Shown here: positions 26,504-35,809 of the stretch, in pieces | How the letters are laid out: every line of letters starts with the position of its first letter | Position numbering within the stretch: position 1 is the first letter of the stretch | Assembly (NCBI GenBank): GCA_002715375.1 | Contig: PAZA01000005.1 | Span: forward strand, 1 to 54,885 | Direction of reading: 5' to 3' | Length of the DNA: 54,885 nt | Origin: Halobacteriovoraceae bacterium | GTDB lineage: Bacteria; Bdellovibrionota; Bacteriovoracia; Bacteriovoracales; Bacteriovoracaceae | Notes under the pieces: model-generated | The model's database searches: none | What the model was told of the DNA's origin: nothing | Seen by the model: the letters and a program-made list of their open reading frames with translations, nothing else | Translations under genes and position numbers: made by a program

Positions 26504-27393
26504 CTTTTTCTTTCCCTTTCTCTAAAAAATTTAATGAGAGTGTCAAAATAAGAACTGTCTGTTCTCACATCAAGAAAGTCTATTCCATTTTTTTGGAAGA
26601 ACTTTTTTTTCTCTCTTAAAGCCGTCTTCGCTTTTTTTGAAAAAGACTGTACACCACTTAAATCACTTGTATTAATAAGAAGAGACTCTCCAGTTTCTGC
26701 ATCCTCTAGTTCAATGTAGCCAATATTAGGGATTTCTATTTCTCTAGGGTCAGTAACGGAAATGGCCACAAGGTCATGCTTTCTTGAAAAACTTCTCAGT
26801 TTATTTTCAAACCCTTCACCTTGAAAGTCAGAAATTAAAAAGGTAATGGCCTTTTTCTTCATGACTTTATTCATAAAATCAATCGGAACAGAAATGTCCG
26901 TTCTTTTGGCCCTCGACTTAAAAGAAAGGATGTCTCGGATAAGGGACCAAACATGACCCCTCCCTTTTTTTGGAGGTATATAATGCTCAACGTGATCAGA
27001 AAAAATGATGAGTCCAACCTTATCATTGCTTCTTAAAGCGGTGTAGGCAAGAAGGGCAGTAATTTCAGCAGACACTTCATTTTTAAATTTTTTCTGAGTT
27101 CCAAAATGAGAAGAAGCTGAGACATCTACAAGAAAAAAAACGACGAGCTCCCTTTCATCTCGAAACGTCTTTATATATGGTTTTTGACTTCTTGCAGTTA
27201 CATTCCAATCAATATTCCTTATATCATCACCTGGAACATACTCTCTAACTTCCTCAAATTCCATACCACGGCCTTTGAAGACGCTTAAATACTCTCCTGC
27301 AAAAGCGTCGTTGACCATATACTTGGCCTTAAACTGAATTTTTTTTACTTTGGCCAATAATTCATCATCAAAAAACTGTGTCGGTTCGTTCAT
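26500..27393 (-). CDS. DUF58 (VWA-like) protein, MoxR partner
   Basis: GEYLSVFKGRGMEFEEVREYVPGDDIRNIDWNVTAR is the DUF58 signature, followed by VDVSASS. It sits directly after moxR. Confidence 0.8.
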   Translation of the reverse strand: MNEPTQFFDDELLAKVKKIQFKAKYMVNDAFAGEYLSVFKGRGMEFEEVREYVPGDDIRNIDWNVTARSQKPYIKTFRDERELVVFFLVDVSASSHFGTQKKFKNEVSAEITALLAYTALRSNDKVGLIIFSDHVEHYIPPKKGRGHVWSLIRDILSFKSRAKRTDISVPIDFMNKVMKKKAITFLISDFQGEGFENKLRSFSRKHDLVAISVTDPREIEIPNIGYIELEDAETGESLLINTSDLSGVQSFSKKAKTALREKKKFFQKNGIDFLDVRTDSSYFDTLIKFFRERERKR

Positions 27394-27407
27394 TTTATTT
27401 CCATGAC

Positions 27408-28397
27408 TTAAGGTACATCAATTTTGTCAAAAACCTTTTGAATAATATCTGTTGAATTCAAATCCTGTGCTTCTGCTTCATAGGAAATGAGAATTCTATG
27501 CCTTAAAACATCGGGTCCTATAGTTTTTATATCTTGAGGTGTCACATAACCTCTCCCATTAAGAAAGGCTTGAGCTTTTGCTGCTTTGATAAGATTTATA
27601 GAGGCCCTAGGAGACCCACCATACTCAATCAAATGTTTCAAATCTTTAAGGCCAAAAAGCTCAGGGCTTCTTGTGGCAAATACAAGGTTGGCAACATAGT
27701 CATATAATTTATCATCAACAAATATTTGAGAGACAAGCTGACGAAGCTCAAGGATCTTTTCTGGCGTCAATATTTTAGCGATTGTTGGTTGATGAACACC
27801 TTCCATTCTTTTCATTATTGAAATTTCTTCATCTTTACTAGGGTAATCAACAACAACTTTGAGCATAAATCGGTCTACCTGTGCTTCAGGTAGCGGGTAA
27901 GTTCCTTCTTGCTCAACCGGGTTTTGAGTTGCCATAACAAGAAATGTCTCAGGGAGTTTAAAGGTTTCATCCCCAATCGTTACCTGCTTTTCCTGCATGG
28001 ACTCCAAAAGAGCACTTTGAACTTTGGCAGGCGCCCTATTGATTTCATCTGCCAAAACAATATGAGCAAAAAGAGGCCCCTTTTTTACGTGGAAATTACC
28101 TTCCTTAGGGGAATAAATTTGAGTTCCTATAAGGTCAGCTGGAAGAAGGTCTGGTGTAAACTGAATTCTACTAAACTCAGCTTGCATAACCTCGGCAAGA
28201 GTTTTTATGGCCGTTGTTTTAGCAAGTCCTGGAACACCTTCCACTAAAATATGTCCATCAGAAAGAAGGCCTATAAGTAGCTTTTCTGTCATATTTCTTT
28301 GACCGACAAGAACTTTACTTACTTCCTCACTGACTGCAGCTATAATGGGAAACTCCCTTTCAATTTTTTGAGTTATCTGTTCTACTGATTCACTCAT
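27408..28397 (-). CDS. moxR: MoxR-family AAA+ ATPase
   Basis: Walker A GVPGLAKT, Walker B VLADEINRAPAKVQSALLE, ATQNPVEQEGTYPLPEAQVDRF and GGSPRASI are all typical MoxR motifs. Confidence 0.9.
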   Translation of the reverse strand: MSESVEQITQKIEREFPIIAAVSEEVSKVLVGQRNMTEKLLIGLLSDGHILVEGVPGLAKTTAIKTLAEVMQAEFSRIQFTPDLLPADLIGTQIYSPKEGNFHVKKGPLFAHIVLADEINRAPAKVQSALLESMQEKQVTIGDETFKLPETFLVMATQNPVEQEGTYPLPEAQVDRFMLKVVVDYPSKDEEISIMKRMEGVHQPTIAKILTPEKILELRQLVSQIFVDDKLYDYVANLVFATRSPELFGLKDLKHLIEYGGSPRASINLIKAAKAQAFLNGRGYVTPQDIKTIGPDVLRHRILISYEAEAQDLNSTDIIQKVFDKIDVP

Positions 28398-28463
28398 TTA
28401 TGTCCTCCCTCTTAATATTTCCTATTTTTTAACCAAGCTTTTTTATTCTTCTATTTTCTTATA

Positions 28464-29819
28464 TTAAACAAATTCTTCTTTTTTAACTTCCTGTTCTAAT
28501 CTTTTTTCTAGAAATCGAACCTTCATTTCATCAACGGCTTTTCCCCCACCATATTTGTGAGCTTCAAGTAAATCTTTCTCTTCCTTCCCATCCAAACCTT
28601 TCTGAAGGGAAAGTCTTCTATTAAGTTCAATAAGCTTCAAAACATACTCTTTTTGCTTACCTTCCATTTTCATCCTTTGAAGCTCTTCAAAAAGCGCCTC
28701 ATTGATCCAGGAAGAGCACTCTTCACCAGAGCTAAAAACCTTCTTTCCTTTTTTCTCTCGCTTCAAAAATAAAATTAGTACCGAAATAGACAAAAGACAA
28801 ACAACAAAACCTAACTCCTTCCACCCTAGTCTTCCCCACTGGTCAATAACATTCAAAGAAATGCCAGGGTGCCTGGAGAATCTTTCAGGGCCACCGCTTC
28901 TTGGACTGTAGGAAAGCTCAATAGGTCCTATCTGAAAATTTCCTTTTTCACGTATTTCAAAGGGATAGTGATATTCTAAAACTGATTGTCCATCTCTAAG
29001 ACCTGTTGTGGACCTAACTCCCATAGACTTTATACCTTTTGGAAACTTTACTTTTGGCACTTTTATCAGGTAGCGTCTTGAATCACCTGGCCAAGTAACA
29101 GCTAATTTTAAAGTGTGGACACCACCGGTTTTAAAAATACTATCTTCAATTTTTAAAGGACTTACCTTCATAACAGGGGGTAGGAGGTCTTTTGGAAATG
29201 AGAAGTTCTCTTTATTCCCTCCAAAATCTTTACCGCCATTTAAATCTGCAAGTGTTTTATACTGAGCTAACTTTTTTAGCTCATTAAAAACCTCCTGAGT
29301 TTCCCAACTCTTTCCTCCCCTAAAGACTCCTGCCAAAAAACCATCTGGAGAAATCATATAAACGCTAGGGATGGCCGTCGCTTGATAAATTCGAGAAACC
29401 TCCGACTGATAATCATGAAAATTAGGAAAAGTTATACCAGTTTCTTTAAGATACTTTTTAACCAACCCTCTCTTTCCTTGATCAACAGAAACACCGACAA
29501 CTTGAATATGAGAATTTTGAAACTCTTGAGCAACACTCTCTAGAGTTGGCATCTCCTGCCGGCATGGCCCACACCAAGTGGCCCAAAAATTAAGAAGGAC
29601 CCACTTCCCTCTGTAATCACTCAAGCTGCCTTTAGAACCTTCAATATAAGGAAGAATAAAATCCTTGGACTTAATCTGAGTTAGTCTAAAACCGAGGCGC
29701 TTAAGAATATTATCTTGGGCCTTTAGGGGCTCTGCAAAGGCAACTGATAATAGGATACTTAAAAAAAGAACCTTTAACCGACATACACTTACTAGAAACT
29801 TGGATTTAGTTTTTAACAT
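28464..29819 (-). CDS. TlpA/ResA-like periplasmic thioredoxin domain fused to a BatD-like module, a TM segment and a cytoplasmic tail
   Basis: Signal peptide. The redoxin motif is KWVLLNFWATWCGPCRQEMP (C83/C86, DNA about 29562-29573). The middle module reads GVHTLKLAVTWPGDSRRYLIKVPK...GNFQIGPIELSY. The TM is LGFVVCLLSISVLILFL. The tail contains ...EAHKYGGG, like the BatD tail ESAQYGG. Confidence 0.6.
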   Translation of the reverse strand: MLKTKSKFLVSVCRLKVLFLSILLSVAFAEPLKAQDNILKRLGFRLTQIKSKDFILPYIEGSKGSLSDYRGKWVLLNFWATWCGPCRQEMPTLESVAQEFQNSHIQVVGVSVDQGKRGLVKKYLKETGITFPNFHDYQSEVSRIYQATAIPSVYMISPDGFLAGVFRGGKSWETQEVFNELKKLAQYKTLADLNGGKDFGGNKENFSFPKDLLPPVMKVSPLKIEDSIFKTGGVHTLKLAVTWPGDSRRYLIKVPKVKFPKGIKSMGVRSTTGLRDGQSVLEYHYPFEIREKGNFQIGPIELSYSPRSGGPERFSRHPGISLNVIDQWGRLGWKELGFVVCLLSISVLILFLKREKKGKKVFSSGEECSSWINEALFEELQRMKMEGKQKEYVLKLIELNRRLSLQKGLDGKEEKDLLEAHKYGGGKAVDEMKVRFLEKRLEQEVKKEEFV

Positions 29820-29946
29820 GAATCAAAAAACCTTTATTTGCTTCTATCTCTTAAAGATCAGAGAAGATCTTTTTTGGTGCTCTCTACCTTGATGATTATG
29901 CAAAAAGCCTCATCTCAAATCAAGAAAAAGATGTATAGGCCCGCTT

Positions 29947-30744
29947 CTAAGCAACCTTTTTAAATACTCTAAAAAGAATGGGAGAAAAGTTTCCAATACC
30001 TGAAGGCAGTGCTTCATTAAAAAACTCTAAAAATAATGTGTTCTTCCCAACTCCTCCCTTAGGCTTCACTGCACCAGAAAAAATCCGGCTCAGATAAAAA
30101 TGTGTCGACAAATAATTAGAAGGCCAAATACCTTCTATTTCTTTTAAGCCCATTCTATCTAAAACAGAGCTTAGCTTATCACTTAAATAGCGGTTGTGTG
30201 GAGAAATAGGAATTTCATCCATTAACATTTCTTTTCTTCCCTTATTAAGTTGAATCCAAGGGGTCCTAAAACTCTCACTCATCAAGTAAAGTCCACCTTC
30301 ATGGAGAAGGTCCGCAATATTTTGAAAAGCTTTCGACTGCTCCTCCCAACTTAAGAGGTTTATAATGACTCTCTCAGTTATTACAAGGTCAACTTTATGA
30401 GGCCAGAATTCCTTTTCTCTGCAATCACCCTGCTTAACAACCGCTCTTTCCAGACCGCGATTTTTAGCAATTTCAAAAAGGTGGGGTGAAAATTCAAGAC
30501 CACCTAGAGTGTAATTGGGGAAAGACTTTTCCAAAACTTCTAAAAGGTATCCATTTCCACATCCAACGTCTAAAATTTTTGAAGGCTTACTCTTGCTCTC
30601 GCAAAAACGAGTAATTTCCTGAGTGAAGAATTGAATTTCTTTTTGCCTTATCACTTGGTCCTGCATTGTACAATGAGGACCCTCACCAAAGCTTTTGGCC
30701 AATTTTTCATAGTGATTAAGAATTATATGATCGCCTTTTCCCAT
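29947..30744 (-). CDS. class I SAM-dependent methyltransferase
   Basis: Motif I ILDVGCGNGYLLE, with post-I and motif II-like segments (VDLVITERVI). Substrate unknown. Confidence 0.7.
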   Translation of the reverse strand: MGKGDHIILNHYEKLAKSFGEGPHCTMQDQVIRQKEIQFFTQEITRFCESKSKPSKILDVGCGNGYLLEVLEKSFPNYTLGGLEFSPHLFEIAKNRGLERAVVKQGDCREKEFWPHKVDLVITERVIINLLSWEEQSKAFQNIADLLHEGGLYLMSESFRTPWIQLNKGRKEMLMDEIPISPHNRYLSDKLSSVLDRMGLKEIEGIWPSNYLSTHFYLSRIFSGAVKPKGGVGKNTLFLEFFNEALPSGIGNFSPILFRVFKKVA

Positions 30745-30783
30745 GGGCGTTTTTTATCAATTGGAAAACAAAAAGACAATGTG

Positions 30784-31167
30784 TTACTTTGCAGCATCAG
30801 CAATTGGTCTTGGCTTTCTATCTTCATCAATGGCCACATAAGTAAAAATCCCTTCGGTGACTTTAAAACGACGAAAATTCCGGCTTACCCATGCTTCCAC
30901 TTTAACACTAAGAGATGTATTCCCTGTTTTCATATTTTGAACATAGCAACATAAAATATCTCCTACCAAAACAGGTCTATGAAAAGTCATTGCGTCAACG
31001 GCCACCGTAACAGTTCTTCCCCTTGCTAACGAGCTTGAAAAGACTCCTCCAGCAATATCCATTTGGCTAAGGACCCAACCACCAAAAATATCACCGCTAG
31101 GGTTTGTATCGGCTGGCATGGCCTGAGTTCGTATTGATAATTCGCCCTTTGGTTCTTCATCTGACAT
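30784..31167 (-). CDS. yciA: acyl-CoA thioesterase, YciA-like hotdog fold
   Basis: TQAMPADTNPSGDIFGGWVLSQMDIAGG ... VTVAVDAMTFHRPVLVGDILCCY closely parallels E. coli YciA (LAMPADTNANGDIFGGWLMSQMDIGG ... MTFLRPVAVGDVVCCY), as I recall it. Confidence 0.75.
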   Translation of the reverse strand: MSDEEPKGELSIRTQAMPADTNPSGDIFGGWVLSQMDIAGGVFSSSLARGRTVTVAVDAMTFHRPVLVGDILCCYVQNMKTGNTSLSVKVEAWVSRNFRRFKVTEGIFTYVAIDEDRKPRPIADAAK

Positions 31168-31240
31168 TTAAGCCTCCCTCTTTCATAAACCGCTATTTTA
31201 TTGTCGAAAAGAAAAAAAGAAAAGAAAAGAGAGAAGGTGA

Positions 31241-31855
31241 TTATCTGTGATTAAGTAATTTACCAAAATCCGATCGCTCCTGCTTTCCCAAGAGCACCTG
31301 TCCATCGAAAGTATACCCGGGGGAAACAAAAACTCCAGACTTATTGGCCAAAACCTCATTTTGCCGAAGTTGTTTTTCCAGCAGTGATGATTTCAGTCCA
31401 GACTCAAATTTAATAAAGTTTATGCCCAAGTCAGTTATAACATCTTTTAGAAATGTTTCATTTATTTCACCATTTAAAGTCTGCTCAAAGACTCTTTTAT
31501 GAAATGTTTCGGCCAATTTTTTATTTTGCTTTAAAAGAGCATGGTAATACTTACCAGCAATCCAAGATAATCCTCCTTCAGAAAAAGCAAGACTCCTTCT
31601 TATAACAGAAACATGACTTCCTATTTGGTCTTTAAAAGAGTTAAGAGATTTTGAACTCTGCGCGCTCAGAGGACAAGAAAAATCAAAGTACTCAATGAGA
31701 GTTATAGTTTTTGCCTTTTCAACTTTCTTAAGTCCTCCGCTTGCTTCCGAAAGAAAAAATGGAAGCCCGAAAGAAGCTATGAGTAAGTGAAAAGTAAATG
31801 ACGTCCTAAAAATACATTGAAGGAAATGACAAAAACCTCTTAACCTTGGCATCAA
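31241..31855 (-). CDS. DsbA-family thioredoxin-fold protein with a monothiol CPLS site
   Basis: Signal-like N-terminus. ITLIEYFDFSCPLSAQS occupies the position of the DsbA F-x-x-x-C-P-H-C motif, but the second Cys is Ser (C61 at 31673-31675, S64 at 31664-31666). Confidence 0.5.
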   Translation of the reverse strand: MMPRLRGFCHFLQCIFRTSFTFHLLIASFGLPFFLSEASGGLKKVEKAKTITLIEYFDFSCPLSAQSSKSLNSFKDQIGSHVSVIRRSLAFSEGGLSWIAGKYYHALLKQNKKLAETFHKRVFEQTLNGEINETFLKDVITDLGINFIKFESGLKSSLLEKQLRQNEVLANKSGVFVSPGYTFDGQVLLGKQERSDFGKLLNHR

Positions 31856-31953
31856 AATTCCTTTTTTTATAGACTAATTTGTCACATGGACAAAAGATCA
31901 TTGTCAGGAATCTGCCAAGATTAAGTTAGACTACACACCAAAATACTAAGTTT

Positions 31954-32622
31954 TTATATAGGTTTAAGTCTATAGCCAATACCACGCATGGTTTCAATCA
32001 TATCTTCCGAAATTTTTTGCCTTAACTGAAGAACATGTGTATCAACCGTTCTTGTCGAAGGGTAGTTTTCAAAACCCCAAACCTTATTCAAAATTTCTTC
32101 CCTCGAAAATACTCTTCCAGGTGATTCAGCCAATAATCTTAAAAGGTCATATTCCATTTTCGTCAATTCTAGGGGTTTATCGGCGAAAATAACATCGCGC
32201 TTCTCTAAATCAATTTTCAGCGAGTGGACCTCGATCACTTTGATTTCTTTTTCTGAGGTGCCTTTGTTCTCCCTTAATTGAACCCTTATTCTTGCAATCA
32301 GCTCTCTTGGTTCAAACGGCTTAGTAATATAATCGTTGGCTCCAGATTCAAGACCTAAAACTTTGTCAATGAGCTCAGTTTTTGCAGTAAGCATAATAAT
32401 AGGCATCTGAGGATGCTCTCCTCTCATTTCTTTTAAAAAATCAATCCCTTGTCCATCGGGAAGCATCCAATCAAGTATGACTAGAGAAAATTCACCATCT
32501 TTTAAAGCTCTCGCATGTTTAAGGCTTCCGGCCAAAGACACACTGTATCCTTCATCTTCCAGGTGTTTTTTGAGTGAGATCCCCAAGTTTTCATCGTCTT
32601 CAACTAGCATCACTCTAGACAT
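31954..32622 (-). CDS. OmpR/PhoB-family response regulator
   Basis: Receiver (MLVEDDENL, LVILDWMLPDG, LTAK, KPF) plus a winged-helix output domain (LTKMEYDLLRLL..., VDTHVLQLRQKI, RGIGYRL). Confidence 0.85.
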   Translation of the reverse strand: MSRVMLVEDDENLGISLKKHLEDEGYSVSLAGSLKHARALKDGEFSLVILDWMLPDGQGIDFLKEMRGEHPQMPIIMLTAKTELIDKVLGLESGANDYITKPFEPRELIARIRVQLRENKGTSEKEIKVIEVHSLKIDLEKRDVIFADKPLELTKMEYDLLRLLAESPGRVFSREEILNKVWGFENYPSTRTVDTHVLQLRQKISEDMIETMRGIGYRLKPI

Positions 32623-32658
32623 AATTATTTCCTTTTTTCATATAAGAATCTTAAAAAA

Positions 32659-34257
32659 CTATTTTTTCAATCCTTTAGTTCCCACTTTCTTTATTTTCCA
32701 TGGAATTGACAACTCAAATTTTGTTGGGTTTTTTGAAAAAACAAGCTGTCCACCCATATCCCTTAAAACTTTTTTAACAATATTAAGACCTAAACCAGTT
32801 CCTGAGCTTTTTTCACCTTTTACAAACTCAGAAGTTATTTCCTCTAGGGAGGAAAAAGCACATTCTCCGCAGTCCTCAATAGAAACTTTCCAGAACTCCT
32901 CGCTTTCATGCATTTTAATTGTTATTGGAGGCGTTCCATGAGCTTTGGCATTTTCTAAGATATTCTTAATACAAATACTAATCCAATAGGGATCAAAAAG
33001 TGCCCCCTTATCTTCTTTTAATCCTTCAAAGTGCCCTTTTTCATCTTGAATATAAATATCAATTTGCTCTTGAATAAACTCATTTAAAGAGGGTACGTCA
33101 TCTTCCTGCTTTTGCAAAAGTCCCTCTGGATTTTCCATTTTTAAATAATGCCTACTTGTCTCAGTCAGTCTCTGTAATCTGAAAACATCATTACTCAACC
33201 TTAAAAAGGACTCTTGAAGATCTTCATTCAATGTTAAAATATTTTTTTGAACCCGTTCCACCTGAAGAAGCATACTTGCAATGGGAGTTCTAAACTCATG
33301 AGTTAAAACTTGAAGGGCAAGCCTCTTCCTTTGCTCCTCTGTTCTTTGCTGACGGATTTTATTGAGAAGGATAAAAATGACTAGAGATATAATGAGTAGA
33401 GAACCAAGAAAAAAGTTAATTGTTGAAAAGCTCGTGATCTCCAAAAAGTGCCTTACATTATACTCCCAACATAATTCACCATCTTGAATAAAGCACCTTT
33501 TGTCCTTGCTGTAGTTTTTAACTATATAGGGCGAATCTTTAATATAGTTCTCAAGGTCCTTTCTCGTATAGAGACCATACTCTAAACCCATAACCTTTCC
33601 AAAATGCTTGATTTTTGAAAAAAGGTACTTTTTACTTAAAACAAACTCATTACCTTTTACCAAAGCATCGAGAGAGTTATTCGCAAGCTCTGAAAGAATT
33701 TCGAAAACACCACCAATTTCAGATAAATATGACTTTAAATGTTTAAACTCAGAAACATGAAAATAAAAAAGGTGCTTCTTGACCCACAAATCTGAAAAAT
33801 AAGAAGGTTTTTTTAGCTTGAAAGCCAGATAGGCATAACTTTTACCACTTGGATGCATAAAGGGGGGGTTTTTGAAGTAGTCTCTTGGCAAACGTCTTCG
33901 ATCTCCACACCGAAACTCCTCCCAAACCAAGACCTTTTCATAGTTTACAGAGTTAAGAATGCTCGAAATATTTGTATAACAATTTTTTGAAGACTCATAG
34001 ACATTCTCCTCTATTAAATTCTCCTCTCTATTATAAAAAGGATTCATCAATTGAAAGTGATCTCTGGAATAATAGATAGAGTTCAGATTAACAACCATTC
34101 GAGGTACGTATTGTTTTTTAAAATCTTGTTTTAGTTTTTCTATTTCAACAAGGTCTCTCGGACGAGATTCATAGGGTCTTTGAAGAAAAAGTGCAAAATA
34201 GCCTGTCACAAAGGCCATAATAACTGCTGTAAAAATCAACGTATAATATAATTTCAT
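32659..34257 (-). CDS. sensor histidine kinase with a roughly 260-aa periplasmic domain
   Basis: TM1 is YTLIFTAVIMAFVTGYFALF and TM2 is INFFLGSLLIISLVIFILL. H-box LTHEFRTPIASM, N-box IKNILENAKAHG and G2 box GTGLGLNIVKK. It lies upstream of the OmpR-type regulator. Confidence 0.8.
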   Translation of the reverse strand: MKLYYTLIFTAVIMAFVTGYFALFLQRPYESRPRDLVEIEKLKQDFKKQYVPRMVVNLNSIYYSRDHFQLMNPFYNREENLIEENVYESSKNCYTNISSILNSVNYEKVLVWEEFRCGDRRRLPRDYFKNPPFMHPSGKSYAYLAFKLKKPSYFSDLWVKKHLFYFHVSEFKHLKSYLSEIGGVFEILSELANNSLDALVKGNEFVLSKKYLFSKIKHFGKVMGLEYGLYTRKDLENYIKDSPYIVKNYSKDKRCFIQDGELCWEYNVRHFLEITSFSTINFFLGSLLIISLVIFILLNKIRQQRTEEQRKRLALQVLTHEFRTPIASMLLQVERVQKNILTLNEDLQESFLRLSNDVFRLQRLTETSRHYLKMENPEGLLQKQEDDVPSLNEFIQEQIDIYIQDEKGHFEGLKEDKGALFDPYWISICIKNILENAKAHGTPPITIKMHESEEFWKVSIEDCGECAFSSLEEITSEFVKGEKSSGTGLGLNIVKKVLRDMGGQLVFSKNPTKFELSIPWKIKKVGTKGLKK

Positions 34258-34320
34258 ATTCCAGTCACTAAATTACAAAAAATAACTCTTATTTCAAAAA
34301 ATAAATAATTTTCATTCAAA

Positions 34321-34935
34321 TTATTTAAAGCTTTCTTCCAATATATCTTTTAAAGAAACGTAATCCTCGAAGACAAAGTCGGCTTTTTCAATCCAATTCT
34401 TTATATCAGCACTTCCATTATTAAATAGATATGTCCGAACCCCTGCACTATTGCCCGTTAAGAGATCATGTAAATGGTCACCAATAAAAATTATATCACC
34501 TTTACCTGCTTTAAAAAATTCACTTACAATTTCTAGGCCCATTGGATCGGGCTTGGGCTTTTTAAGGTTATCTCTATTGAGAATTAAACCAAAATTCAAA
34601 TTAAATTTTTTAAGAACAAACTCGGTAACCTCTTGGGAGTTTCTAGTCAACAAAGCTCTTTTAAAGCCCTGTTCCTCGCAAAACCCCAAGAACTCCAAAA
34701 CCCCCTCATAGAGTACAGACCGCCTTGCTCCTTCCATTTCAAATTCATTGAGCTGGTTCAATAAGCTTTTTTTCTTTTCTGGGTCCGTCACCTCTTCCAA
34801 TGCTTCCAAAACATAAGAGTCTTCAGAAAAGCCCATTTGTTTTTTAAGGGCCTTAAAATCTAAAAAAGATTCTACAAGAGTTCCATCCATATCAAAAACG
34901 ACGACCTTAGGCTTTTTAAAGACTTCTGGTTTCAT
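34321..34935 (-). CDS. HAD-superfamily hydrolase (phosphoglycolate phosphatase-like, subfamily IA)
   Basis: Motif I VVFDMDGTLVES, motif II LLTRNS, K at KKPKPDP and motif IV FIGDHLHDLLTGNSAG. Confidence 0.75.
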   Translation of the reverse strand: MKPEVFKKPKVVVFDMDGTLVESFLDFKALKKQMGFSEDSYVLEALEEVTDPEKKKSLLNQLNEFEMEGARRSVLYEGVLEFLGFCEEQGFKRALLTRNSQEVTEFVLKKFNLNFGLILNRDNLKKPKPDPMGLEIVSEFFKAGKGDIIFIGDHLHDLLTGNSAGVRTYLFNNGSADIKNWIEKADFVFEDYVSLKDILEESFK

Positions 34936-34955
34936 AAATAAACTCTCTTTACAGA

Positions 34956-35243
34956 ATGCATTATATTTACTTGACCCAAATAAGAATGAGGTTACAATAC
35001 TTGACTATGGCACTCAACATAAAACCTATTATGCCCCTTGATCACCCCAGGGCCCCTGAAAAAGTAAGAAGGGCCATGGTCAAGAAGTGCTCTCCTCAAA
35101 CTATTGAAGTACAGGCATACGACTTTAACGAAAAAGCTAAGAGAAATGAAGAACAGTTTGCAAATTCAAAAAAACAGCTCAAAAAAAGAGAGATTATTGG
35201 AAAGAACAGATTCCTAATGCTTAAAAAGCTAGACATTATCTAA
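34956..35243 (+). CDS. hypothetical small basic protein (doubtful)
   Basis: ORF only. No motif and no clear SD. An internal Met (MALNIKP...) is an alternative start. Confidence 0.2.
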   Translation: MHYIYLTQIRMRLQYLTMALNIKPIMPLDHPRAPEKVRRAMVKKCSPQTIEVQAYDFNEKAKRNEEQFANSKKQLKKREIIGKNRFLMLKKLDII

Positions 35244-35294
35244 TTTAAAGAAAGCGGTCAGGCATTAAACTAAAAAAAAATTTTTTGGGATGTA

Positions 35295-35672
35295 TTAAGA
35301 TCTTTTCTCAACAATCCTTCTTATGGTTTCTTTTAGTTTATCCACCTTAAAAGGCTTCAAGAGCCAGGCCATAACAACTCCGACCTTTTTCGCCTCTAAA
35401 ATAAGTTTTGGATGGCTTTCTGTAGTACACATAACAGTCGGAATTTGCTTATACTTTTCATCTTCAGCTTGAACTTTTATAAACTCCATTCCGTTCATTT
35501 CAGGCATGTTTACATCAAGCAATATAAGGTCAAACGTATCTTTTTCCTTAAGCTTTTCCAAAGCATCATAACCATCAACGGCTTCCACAATACTATGGTC
35601 AGCAGCAGTCAAGATATTTCTAAGAGTTGTTCTTACTGATTCCGAGTCATCTACAACTAAAATATTGGCCAT
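35295..35672 (-). CDS. stand-alone CheY-like receiver protein
   Basis: Complete receiver residue set: VVDDS, LILLDVNMPEMNG, MCTTE and LLKPF. No output domain. Confidence 0.8.
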   Translation of the reverse strand: MANILVVDDSESVRTTLRNILTAADHSIVEAVDGYDALEKLKEKDTFDLILLDVNMPEMNGMEFIKVQAEDEKYKQIPTVMCTTESHPKLILEAKKVGVVMAWLLKPFKVDKLKETIRRIVEKRS

Positions 35673-35762
35673 AAAAATCCTCTACCTTCTTATCAGACAT
35701 TAAGTCTTCTTTTGATCTATCATAACTCGGAAAAGGGCCAATTATTGAATGACGGAAAATTA

Positions 35763-35798
35763 TTCCAAAAAAGGGCTTTTTTAGGCCCTTTTTTGGAA
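35763..35798. terminator. strong bidirectional terminator hairpin downstream of the glutaminase gene
   Basis: Perfect 14-bp inverted repeat TTCCAAAAAAGGGC (35763-35776) / GCCCTTTTTTGGAA (35785-35798) with an 8-nt loop. The GGGC/GCCC core is flanked by A6/T6 runs. Confidence 0.7.
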
Positions 35799-35809
35799 TC
35801 TTTGGTCAA

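Noticed and set aside
29860-29886. AAAGATC-AGAGAA-GATCTTT hairpin followed by Ts, between the methyltransferase and the Trx-BatD gene
   Set aside because: The T-run is on the plus strand, where no gene ends. On the coding (minus) strand the stem has no U-tract. The 7-bp AT-rich stem is weak, so this is probably not a functional terminator, and the genes may be co-transcribed.
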